64,000 bases of DNA from the human T2T-CHM13v2.0 reference genome, Homo sapiens. The stretch lies in the NCBI RefSeq assembly GCF_009914755.1, contig NC_060944.1. One strand, written 5' to 3'. A program made the translations under genes and the position numbers. The notes under the pieces were generated by a model. That model made no database searches. It was given only the letters and a program-made list of their open reading frames with translations, and had not been told where the DNA came from. Positions 13,920 through 33,199 of this stretch are shown here, one piece after another. Positions within the stretch are counted from its first letter, which is position 1. Every line of letters starts with the position of its first letter.

Positions 13920-15617
13920 TTGTTTAAATTATGTCAAAATAAAAAGTTACTGGTTCCTATAAATAATACTGGCAACAACTAGAAATAGTGCGGGAAGACA
14001 ACCTTCCTATTGAGTTGAAGCAGATCCTCAAGTACACGTTGCCTTTTTTGGGCCCTTGGATGAATGATGCATCGTCCACAGACTTTTATTTTTACACATA
14101 ATTAAGGGCCACTTTTTTATAATTGTTAATTTGTTACAGGCCACTAACATGCCATGTACTTATTAATTAGTATATTACTAGAGTTTGTTGAGGACCCAGA
14201 GTTCAGTATTCCAAGAAGTCTGGCAATGCTTGGCAAAATTGCAAAACAGTTAATAACTACTTGCTGTCACAGAGAGTGGTAAATACTCCTCTTTTTGGGA
14301 AATAAACCTCTGCTAACAGTGTTGTCTCTTGAATTGGCCTTATTTTCACTTTCTGTAGTTCTGAAGCATTTACTATAAGTACATCATGGTTCCCTGCTAC
14401 TTTTCCTGACTATGCAGATTACCAATCTGTTGTTTCTCTCCAGTTCTTGGCTCTGGATTCGTTGTTCAGTTTTGCCTATCTTAGGGGGTTGGAGACATTT
14501 GAGAATTACTAGTTGAGAGCAGTAACTCAGGGGCACTTCATTTGGCCCTCCTCAGGTGTCTTTCTCATATCTGAAATGTGCCTTCTTTTGTGCTTTGGCT
14601 TGGCCTTTAGCGGATCAAAAGAGGAAGGTGCTTAGGCCTGCCATGTCCTCCCTGTGCTGGGTTAGTCGTTGCTCTGGTGTTGGTGCATTAACACTTCATA
14701 AACTGGTCTTGAAAATGAAAAATTAAAGGCTTCTCAGACTCCTAAGTCTGATCACTGATTTGCTTCATGTCTCCACCAAGTAACTGCTATTGCACAGCCA
14801 CTCTGAGGCCTCAGCCCTTTTAGCCCTGCTAAAGTCTCCATAGTAGCCCATCCCTTAGAGCCATCTATTTACACAACTAGTTTTTTTATAACAGGAAAAA
14901 TGAAAGTAGTTGTTAGATTACAGTAGTGGTAATAGGTAATTTTTCCTGTTTTAAAATTTGTCTTTGTTATTATATCAGTGTAATATATATCAGCTTTTTT
15001 ATTACAAAAGGAATAGAAGACACAGTATATTATGAATACTATTCATATTGGTGAGTCAGAATGTTGATTAATATCATTTTGCTGTTTAAACCATATGGTA
15101 TAATGGAAAATTCTTTAAAATGACATAATGGCCTCTTTGGATGGTGAAATGACAGTATTCTATAAGGCAGGCTTGACCCAGCAATTTCAGTTCTAGAAAA
15201 GTATCCTACTGATAAACTTGCCTGTGTGCAGAGAGACATACACTCAGGGATAATCACTGCAGCATGATTTGGAGTGGAAGATGGTGGGAAACAAACCAAT
15301 GTCCTTCAATAGCAGACTGTTTACATAAATTATGGTACATCTATAGAATAGGATAATATGCAGCTGTTAAAATTGGATATAATAAAAACTATAATTATAT
15401 AATGCAAAGTATGTCACCCTTTACACACATACCTACTAGTGTATCCAGGTCCTTTCTGCAAGAAACTTAGAGTTGCTTTCTCTGGGGAGAACAGCTAGAG
15501 GACTAAAGGATCATGGAGGTGGAACTTCCTTTTTCCTCTATACTTTTCTATCCTGCTGGATCTTCCTGCTTCTCCTCCCTCTGTGGGGAGAGATGGGAGA
15601 GATGTACTTTTCCTAAT

Positions 15618-16091
<474 letters not shown>

Positions 16092-16830
16092 ACTCTTCCT
16101 AATCTCAGATTAGCTGCATAACTTAATTTCTTTTCTAAGGATTTTTTATTCATTTGTTCATTTTCTTTTTTTGTGATAGCTTTATAGTTTTTATTATATT
16201 CAGAGTTGCGCAGCCATAATCACAATCAATGTTAGCATACTTTCATTCCTGAAAAAGAAACCCCATACCTGTTGGGAATCACTGTTTACCTCCCCCCGAT
16301 TCCTTCTACTCCCCACCACCCACCCCAGCCCTTCAGTCCCCAGCCTGGGGCAAACAGTTAACTACTTCCTGTCTCTAAAAATTTGCCTATTCTGAACATT
16401 TTCTATAAATGAGATCTTACAGTATATGGTCTTTTATGACTGGCTTCTCATTTAGCATGATATTTTCAAAGTTCATCCATGATGTAACAGGTATCAGTAA
16501 TTCATTTCTTTTCATGGCTGAAAATTATTCTCTTGTATGAATGTATTACATTTTATCTAGTCATCTAATGTTGGCCATTGGAGTTATCTCCACTTTTGGC
16601 TATCATAAATAATGTTGCTATGCACATCCTTTTACAAGATTTTGTGTAGTCATATGTTTACACTCTCCGTACTTCTGCCTAGATATGGAATTGCTGGTTA
16701 GATGGTAACTCTGTTTAACTTTTTCAGGAGCTGCCAAACTCTTCTAAAGTGGGTGCACCGTTTTATATTCCCATCAGCAGTGTATGATTCTAATTTCTCC
16801 ACATCCTGGACTACACTCGTTATTGCCTGT

Positions 16831-17443
16831 TGTAGTGAATTCTTATAATTTTATGTTGCCTCAGCATCCATTTTAAATCTAAGTTGAACCTTCTCATACC
16901 AGAAGCAGGACTCAGTCACCCCTGACACAGTTGGCAGTTCCACCCTCCTTCGCAGTTCCTCAGTGTGGTCGGTCCAGATAACCTGCCTTACACAGCTGCT
17001 CTCTGGTGACCACTTCCCTATGGGACAGCTGGATGCAGCCTGCTTGACAGGCCCTTCTGACCTTCGCATCCCCCATGGACCATATGCCACAGTGACCACC
17101 TCTCAGTCACTGGGTAACCTCCCAGAACTCATGCCTCCTTGCTTTAAACTCACCAGTTAAAACTCCCCAGGCTGCCTGTGGGAAACCTGTTTGGATAACA
17201 CCTGCGACTCAGTAAAGACATTGGCTCATGTGTCCTTCCCCTCAACCCCTGCTTCTACCATGTAAGGACACGGGTCCCTTTTCTCTCTCTCTCTGCCTGC
17301 GCTCCCTGATGTTTGTGTGTGTGGCCTCCAGGTGTGCCATGTACTCCCCAGAACCTGTAAGTGATAATGTCTTTATTTCCATCTCATATTTCTCCTAATT
17401 ATTGGAGGGGTACTCTCCATCTTAAAAATCCTAAATTAAGACA
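16831..17443 (+). mobile_element. ERVL solo LTR (LTR47-like)
   Basis: TG...CA ends. 5-bp TSD cctgt at 16826-16830 and 17444-17448. Confidence 0.8.
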
Positions 17444-17466
17444 CCTGTCATTCTTAGTATAGCCAT

Positions 17467-17826
17467 TGATATGGGCTGAATATTTGTGTCCCCCCCAAAG
17501 TTCATATATTGAAATTCTAATCCCCAAGGTGATGGTTTTTGAGGGTGAGGACTTTGGGAAGTGATTAAATCAAGGGGGCAGAGCCTTCATGGGTGGGATT
17601 AGTTTCTTTATAAAAGAGGCCCGTGGAAATTTGCCTGCCCCTTCCACCCTGCGAGCACACAGCAGAAAGATGCTGTCTGAGAGAAAGCAGTTCCTTACCA
17701 GACCCAGAGTCTGCTGGCGCCTGCCTTGATCTTGGACTTCCCAGCCTCCAGAACTATCAGAAACAAATTTCTGTTATTTATGCACTGTTTATGGTATTGT
17801 TATAGCAGCCTGAACAGACCAAGACA
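17467..17826 (+). mobile_element. MaLR solo LTR (MLT1A/MST-like)
   Basis: tgatatgggctgaat...ttatagcagcctgaacagaccaagaca. 5-bp TSD gccat at 17462-17466 and 17827-17831. Confidence 0.88.
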
Positions 17827-18157
17827 GCCATCATAGTGGGTAAAGTGATATCTTATTGTGCTTTTGAATTATGTTTCTCTAATGAATAATGATATTAAGC
17901 ATCATTTTATGTGTTTATTGGCCATTCATATATCTTCTTTGGAGAAATGTCTATCCAAATCCTTTTCCCACTTTTAAGGGCTGTTTGTCTTTTTATTATG
18001 TAGTTATATGACTTCTTTATGTATTTTGGGTACTAGACCCTTATCAGATACATAATTTACAATATTTTCTCCCATTATGTGGGTTATATTTTCACTTTCC
18101 TGATGACGTCTTTTCAAAGCATGTATTTCTTTTTTCAAAAACATATTCTATACTTTC

Positions 18158-18448
<291 letters not shown>

Positions 18449-18663
18449 TGAACTATCATTGTTATTAAAATTAAATCCTATGGACTTTACTGCTTTTTGC
18501 TCACTCATTATGTAGGAAGCCATGAGTTTAATAATACATGGTAGGTGCTGATTTCAATAATCATGCTTTGTTTGACCTCCTTTCATTTCTGGAAAAAAAA
18601 AAAAAACCCCACCTAATTGTTTATACACAGTATGTTTAACTCACATCTCTTTTGGTGTTGCAG

Positions 18664-19300
18664 GTTGCAGTGCAGGAGGGGATTAACTCAGGAACAGCCA
18701 TGTCAAGAGGATTGTATCAACCAGCAACAATCTTTATGGGCCGCCAAATGTCAGCCATCTTAAGCATGAGAGATTTCAGTACAGAGCACAAATCTCCCCA
18801 GCCCACAAAGAACTTTTCAATTCCTGACCCACATTCACACCGACAGACAGCCCAGAGCAGTAATGTGACAGACAGCTGTGTAGTACAAACTAGTAATGAC
18901 ACACAGTGCTTAAATAAGTCTGACAACATAGATGGAAAGGCATCTCTTCAGATTGGTGAGAAAACGCCAGTCACAGCCAGTGTATTGTCTGAGGAGGAAC
19001 AAACTCATTGCTTGGAGATAGGAAGTAACACACGTCATGGCAAGAGTAATTTATCTGAAGGCAAAAAGTCTGCTGAACTCAATTCCCCGTTACGGGAAAG
19101 ATTAAGTCCAGAGAACAGAACCACTGATTTAAAGTGTGACAGTTCCAGCGGATCAGAGGGAGAAATACTGACACGGGAACATATTGAAGTTGAGGAAAAA
19201 AGAGCCAGCCCGCCAGTCTCTCCGATACCAGTTTCAGAATACTGTGAATCTGAAAATAAGTGGTCTCAAGAGAAGCATTCTCCTTGGGAAGGTGTTTCAG
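18664..19300 (+). CDS. KIZ: KIZ coding exon (probable exon 5, 637 nt): VAVQEGINSG...EKHSPWEGVS
   Basis: Lies in ORF 18652-19317. Acceptor ttttggtgttgcAG, donor CAG|GTggga. Ends in phase 1, giving G|AT = Asp with the next exon. Confidence 0.95.
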
Positions 19301-19642
19301 GTGGGATGAGAGGCTGAGTTTGGTTGCTGATTTTTCTGGGTGGTAGTGATCTTATGTAAGGACAAAATATACTAATTATCTCTCTTTCATAAAATAGTAT
19401 CTTTGCCAACAAATTCCATTCTAATGAACTCTTAAATATGTACATGGGAGTGAATTTGCTGATTTTTAAACCCACTGTGATTTTTTTAAACATTTGAAAA
19501 CGTGTTTAAGCTTTTAAGTTCCGTAATGAATTGTGTGTGGGTTGCTTCTCCATGTTTTTAACTGATGAGTAATTCTGCTGTGTGTTACCTTGCTTCCTCC
19601 TGAAGTCAGTGATTGGTAATCAGTTCATGTCGCCACTTGCAG

Positions 19643-19952
19643 ATCATCTTGCTCACAGGGAACCAAAGTCACAAAAGCCCTTCAGAAAAATGCAGGAAGA
19701 GGAGGAGGAAAGTTGGAGCACCAGCAGTGACCTTACCATTTCAATAAGTGAAGATGATCTGATTTTAGAGAGCCCAGAACCACAGCCAAATCCAGGTGGC
19801 AAGATGGAGGGAGAAGATGGAATAGAGGCCTTAAAATTAATCCATGCTGAGCAAGAAAGAGTTGCCCTATCCACTGAAAAAAATTGTATTTTGCAAACCC
19901 TAAGCTCTCCTGATTCAGAAAAGGAATCCTCCACTAACGCACCAACAAGAGA
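19643..19952 (+). CDS. KIZ: KIZ coding exon (probable exon 6, 310 nt): DHLAHREPK...SSDLTISISEDD...NAPTRE, containing the PLK1 phosphosite Thr379 (codon 19735-19737)
   Basis: Lies in ORF 19582-19956. Acceptor cttgcAG, donor GA|GTaagc. Counting from the earlier exons places a D-L-T-I PLK1 consensus exactly at residue 379. Confidence 0.95.
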
Positions 19953-22641
19953 GTAAGCCATTCAATTTTTTTTTTCTACTGTTCTGTTTTTAATTGTAGA
20001 CATTTCTAGAGACCATTCCACTGGGAATGTATTATCGAGCACTCAGCCATGAATGTGTAAATTCCTTAAGTCTCATAAGTAATCTTTTAGGCAAGACCTA
20101 ATTTTCTTTCTGTCCTTCTTTCTTCTTTCTTTCCTTCCTCCCTTCCTTCTTTCTTTGACAAAAAAACTTTAAAAGTTTGAATATCATTGAATCATGGTGA
20201 TTGCAGCTTATAATTATATACACATAATCCCTGGTTAACTTATAAGTCATTCCCCAACCCCCTACTCTCCAGGCTTTCAGAAAATAAATCTGTTTTGAAG
20301 TTTTGGTACCACAGAAGGTGACAGTTAAACTTACTAGGAATGCAGCATTAGAGTCTGAGAACTTTATGTCTAATTAATTTGCTTAATCCTTATATTCCTT
20401 GCCATATTATCATTTTTGTCATCTGATTAAATATGAGTTAATAAGTTCTTCTAATTGTATATGTAAGCCAGATTTCCTTTTTTGAATCTAAATAGGAAAC
20501 ATTAGAATCTCTAATGTTAAATGGGAACATCAGCATTATACATTTGAGAACTTATATTATCCGACTGATAAAAATTTGTATATGTTTTTGTGCTACTGAT
20601 TGGAGACGCTAGAAGAAAACTTTGTAGAAAGTTCTTGTGTATCTACTATGTAGAAAACTTGTTAACTGTTGAAAAGTGATTTTGTGCTGAAAAATGGCAT
20701 TAATAACATCAAATCTCTTTTAGGGGTAGAAGGAACCTAAGTAAACAACCTAAGGTAGATCTCACCTTTTACAAATGAGGAAACGAAGGCCGGGGCAGAG
20801 TGGTGTCACGTAGGTCTACTGGATCTGCTGGGGCAGAACACCCCACAGCCTGTCTGCCTGAATGTCACACCACTGCCCCACCCCCAGAATTTTCTGTTAC
20901 ACCGTAATGCTGGTCACCCTTTCATTTCCACAAAGCTGGCAGCAGTGAAAAGCCAAGTGGGCCTTTTTGTACGGCATATGTTCTCTTTAGAACACCATTG
21001 TACCTTTTAATATATTGCCTCTTACCATTCATTGTCTACTTATGGTGAAAAGTTTATGAATAGGCTTTAATTGATAGATTGTATCCAAACTGATGTTCAG
21101 GAAATATTTATTAAGAGCATATCCAAGTACAGAGTTCTTGCACTATGGATGGAAGAACCGACATGGTTCCTGTCATTGGGAAATTTGATTTATTGGAGAG
21201 GCAAGCCAAATGGATTTTTCTAGTAATAATACTTCTCTCATCAAAGAGGCACAGGTAATACATATTACATCATCAGAAACTTTATTACTGGAGGTAGAAT
21301 GTTATCTATCTCTAGTTTTGTGTTTGTGGGCTTATTTTTATGGCATGGTGGACAAGTTAGTACTTTGGTAGGCTAACAAGGGGACTAATACACTTACCCA
21401 GGACTCAGTCTTTTTCTGAGGTGAAAAAAATTGAGTATGTGTATGAATTCCTACTAAACATTTCTCTAAGAGTCAAGAATGTTCATCCTGTCTCCATTCG
21501 AATGACTTTTTTTTTTTAATGATCTTGGAGGCATAAAGTCAAGCTCCTTGGAGTTTTGGCATATAGTTTTCCAGTATTTATTGGAAAATATGGGCATGTG
21601 GGGAATTTTGAGTATTTCTCTTAATAAAATGCCCCCAGAATGAAAATGTCAGTCAGCAGTGGTTGTTTCTGTGTCTGTATTATCAAATTTGAGCCTACTG
21701 ATTTTCTGGGTAAAAATATTCTCCAGGAATAGGTTGAAGGTGGTTTTAAATGATGCTAGTTAACTTGCTGACATCACCACTGCATTTGAGGCCCCACATT
21801 TTCTTAATTTATTGTTTAACTGGCGCTCTTCTCCTTTGCTCTGAGGGTTATTGGTCTGAGACCATAGCATAGCATCATATTTATAGAGCTAGCACTATAA
21901 CCTAAACAGTTCAATATTTCAATTGACTTTAGGGTCTGTTGGGGGCCTGGAGAAAAATCACTTGAATGAATTTAATTAGCAAAGATGCATAAATGGGACA
22001 AAGGAGGACACATAGGAGCATATGATCCAGAATGTAGAATCTGCGCAACATCCTGAAGTCTGTATAGGCTTTGAAGGAGAAAGAGGAGGGAAAGAGCAAA
22101 TAGGGTCTGGAGGAAAATGCAAGAAGGAATGCGGAGCAGAGAACACAGAGGACATGGGAGGGGCAGAGCAAAGGACCCCATGGGTGAGGAGGGCCTTTTG
22201 GAGTTAAGGTTCAAAATGTCACCTAGGGTGAGGTTGAGAAAGGCCTGGAATATCAGGTTAATGAATTTAGAGTTCACTCTATGCTTTGTAGAGCTGTTGA
22301 AGGTTATTTTAGGAGAAGGACAGTGTGATGAGGCTTGATTTAGGAGGATTAACCTGACAGCATTAGTTCATTAGGATTAATCATCCATGTGGTAGGCAGA
22401 AGTGTAGATGGCCCTGAGATTCCCGCTCCCTGTTGTCCGTTCCCTTGCCTTGAGAGTGGGCAGGACTGGGAGTCTGATGGATTTTACTCCTGTGATGAAG
22501 CTGTCATGTGACAAAGATGAAGGATTTTGCAGATATAATGAAGGTCCCAAATCAGTTGCCCTTCAGCTAGTCAAATGAAAATTATCCAAGGTGGACCTGA
22601 CCTAATCAGATGAGACTTTTAAAGAGACTGGCCCTTACTGA

Positions 22642-23700
<1,059 letters not shown>

Positions 23701-24330
23701 TAAAGCAGCTAAGATACTCTCTTGTTTCCTGAAGAAGCAAACTGTCATCTTGTGGGAAAGACCACATGACAGGAAATGGCATGCAGCCTCTAGGGGCTAA
23801 GGGCCTCAGTCCTACAGCCACAAGGAAATTGATTCTGCCAATAACCAGTGAGTGTGGAAGAAGTCCCTGAGCCTTAGATGAGACTGCATCTCCAGCAGAC
23901 ACCTTAATTTCAGCCTGGTGAGACCTTGAGCAGATGACCCCACTAACCCAGATCCAGACTTCTGTCTCATGGGAACTATGAAATCATAAATTTGTGGCAA
24001 TTTGTGATACAGCAATAAGAAAATTCATACAACTCAGTTGAAGAATTGGAAGCAAGGATTGCATGGATAGAAGTGTCTACCCATAATGACTGGGAACAGG
24101 CTGAATTGGACATGTTCAGCGTTCCTTGTGGGAACACATGGTAACAAAGTAGCTGAGTGAGTGATTCAGCAGCCAAGGTAACCTGTGCTTCCCCTCCCCT
24201 TATACCTTCACCATCTGAGCAAGTGCATTTTCACACTCAGGTAAGCAGTAGTGGAACATTATAGACTGCTAGGGACTCTAAAAGTGGTTGTGGCTATCTA
24301 CATTAACCAACAAGCAGTTTCTCATGCTAG

Positions 24331-24646
<316 letters not shown>

Positions 24647-24716
24647 TACTTTGTTTTATATATCAATGCATAATGATATGTATCCACCTTTAAAGTACCA
24701 TTAAAAAATAGTTTCT

Positions 24717-26473
<1,757 letters not shown>

Positions 26474-26487
26474 AAAAAATAGTTTCT

Positions 26488-28230
<1,743 letters not shown>

Positions 28231-28239
28231 TTAAATGTA

Positions 28240-28945
<706 letters not shown>

Positions 28946-29115
28946 TTAGTCTATAGATAACGAGAAAAGGGGTACATTCATTTAACATTAAATATGGAAC
29001 ACCTGCTCTGTGCCGGGTATTGTTCTTGCTTTATGGTACTTATGATCATGCATGTGGAGAAGAGGAAGGAAATATAAACCAGTAAACAATCTGTGTGAAA
29101 AGTATTATGACAAAG

Positions 29116-29403
29116 GGCCAGGCACGGTGACTAACGTGTAATCCTAGCACTTTAGGAGGCTGAGGCGAATGGATTGTTTGCGCTTAGGAGTTCGAGACCA
29201 GCCTGGGCAACGTGGTGAAACCTCGTCTCTACAAAAGATGCAAAAAAATTAGCCAGGTGTGGTGGCGCACGCTTGAGCTATTTGGGGAGGATGAGGCAGG
29301 AGGATCACTTAAACCCAGGAGGTTGAGACTGCAGTGGGCTGAGATTGTGCCACTGCACTCCAGCCTGGGTGACAAAGAGAGACTCTGTCTCAAAAAAAAA
29401 AAA
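29116..29403 (+). mobile_element. AluJ
   Basis: Alu consensus with TSD aaaagtattatga. Confidence 0.9.
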
Positions 29404-30870
<1,467 letters not shown>

Positions 30871-31009
30871 TTCACATGAGGTTTAGAAAGTTTAAATAAC
30901 CTGCTCAGGTCACAGAGGTGCAGCTAGGGTCTAAACTAACAGTCTGATGCCAGAATGCATGCTCTTAATTTCTGTTTTCCACCACCCAAATCACAACCAA
31001 AATGGTTGT

Positions 31010-31135
31010 TAGTACTGACTCCGTGCCAGGCACTGTTTTAACACCTTTATTTATAATCATTTAATCCTATTATCATCATCATTTTACAGATGAGAAAACT
31101 GAGGCACAGGGAGTTATGTAACATATTGAAAGTCA
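31010..31135. mobile_element. MIR SINE
   Basis: gtgccaggcactg...cattttacagatgagaaaactgaggcacag. Confidence 0.8.
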
Positions 31136-32518
31136 TAAAACAGCTGTGTGTGCTCCAAACTGGCCCTCTGTGACCAGAGTTAACTGGTACCCTATGCTGT
31201 CTCCCAGTGAATCTTTACTACCTGGATAGTTGGAGTATCATCAAAGATAATATTTTATAAGGTTAAATAGGAAGCTCAAAAAGCAAATTAAATTCTTTAA
31301 TTAGAAAAAGAAAAAAGAAAAGAAAACTAAGCAGTGGCAATTTGACCTCTTACTCCGTCCATATTGATTTTTGTGCTTTCCAACCTCAAATAGGCCAATG
31401 AAGTGCTATGTGCCTTTATTCAGGCTTGAACAAAGTACTTGCAAAGTTGCTTTGTTCTGTCTCCTCCTGGAGTGTGACTGAAAACAGAATGTAATGCTGC
31501 CTTTTAAACTAAGTCACATGAAAGCCTTGGTTTCTCAAGGTCATAAAAATGTGATCACACAGATTGAATCCCATCCAGTGATTTTAATTTAGCTCCTCTT
31601 CAAAGTTAAGTGTAGGAAATAAGTTATTGCATCTGAGAAAAATTTGTTGCTGAAAGTCATGTGCCTGGAATAATAGGTTTGAACTATGTTCATTTAGAAT
31701 TTACCCTGAATTCACTTTATAAGGAGCTGGAAGCATATTTAGAAATTCAGCATTCCTTCAGATGTGATGATGCCTTCAGATGTCTGTTCTCAGCTGTCTG
31801 TTTTCATCAGCACAGTTGCCTGTTTCTCTTGAACATGACCTTTGGCACCTCAATACTGGTGGCCCCTGAGCCTTTTCTTGCCACCACACAGATTCTGTCC
31901 TTTGTTCCCAAAGTAAGGCTATGCATTATACTTCTGGAAAAATAACCCAGTGGCAGTAGATGTGGCCGTCAGGGTATTCCCTTTGTTTTCTACCTGTCAC
32001 TTCATTCTAATCTTGCCTTTGCTTTTCCTGTTAGCTCACCTAGTTTCTGAAAAATCTAAGACTTTCATTATCCTTATTTTGGTCTAAATTTGTAAAAATC
32101 CAAACCTACTAAGAAGGGAATAGTCCTGAGACCTGATCCTCAGCAAAGTAGGCAATAATCGTAGTCACAGCCATTGTCACTTGGTGTATAGGAGATATTA
32201 AAAGAAGTCTCCATTGGCCAACAGGAATGAACCCAGGTCTCCATCCTTTGCCAGCCATCTCACCATATGGGATTCTAGCCTCAGTCAGAAGAACATGAGT
32301 GACATGGAGCAAAGGCAGGGGTTAGATAGGAACTGAGAAGCACTTGGTGAAGGTCACAGCCCAGGTCACCAGAAGACTGAAACCTAATCCAAGTACCATA
32401 AAAGGCTTCCCCTCCCCCATACCTTGCCACCACATCAATAGGGATCCTGTATAGTAGCAGGAAACAATTATACAACTGAATGAACCACATGTCTCAGACC
32501 TTAGTTAAGTCTCTAGGA

Positions 32519-33128
32519 GGCCAGGCATGGTGGCTCACTCATGCCTATAATCCCCAACACTTTGGGAGGCTGAGGCAGGCATATCACTTGTGGTCAGGAG
32601 TTTGAGACCAGCCTGACCAATATGGTGAAAGCTGGTCTCTACCAAAAAATACAAAAATTAGCCAGTCATGGTGGCACACGCCTGTATTCCCAGCTACTCA
32701 GGAGGCTGAGTTGGGAGAATCACTTAAACGCAGGAGGTGGAGGTTGCTGTGAGCTGAGATGGTGCCACTGCACTCCAGCCTGAGCAACGGAGTGAGACCC
32801 TGTCTGAAAAAAAATGGAGGCTGGGCACGGTGGCTCACGCCTATAATCTCAGCACTTTGGGAGGCCAAGACAAGTGGATCACCTGAGGTCAGGAGTTCAA
32901 GACCAGCCTGGCCAACAGTGCAAAACCCTGTCTCTACTAAAAATACAAAAATTAGCTGGGTGTGGTGGCGGGTGCCTGTAATTCCAGCTACTTGAGAGGC
33001 TGAGGCACAAGAATTGCCTGAACCTGGGAGGCAGAGGTTGCAGTGAGCCAAGATCGCACCACTGCACCCTATCCTCAGTGACAGAGTGAGACTCTGTCTC
33101 AAATCAGTCAGTCAATCAATCAATCAAT
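32519..33128 (+). mobile_element. Two tandem AluS elements (32519-32815 and 32819-33128); the second has a (CAAT)n tail
   Basis: Two consecutive full Alu dimers. Confidence 0.92.
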
Positions 33129-33199
33129 CCGGAAAGCTGAAGACAAGGGAAGGAGACAAAAACAAGGACACCCAAGGAAAGTTTAGCCTCTGATACCTA

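Larger units (their letters stand above)
16170..18145 (-). mobile_element. L1MB-type element interrupted by two solo LTRs
   Basis: Antisense L1 3' text (tggcttctcatttagcatgatattttcaaagttcatccatg; ttggccattcatatatcttctttggagaaatgtct) resumes on both sides of the LTRs. Confidence 0.85.
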
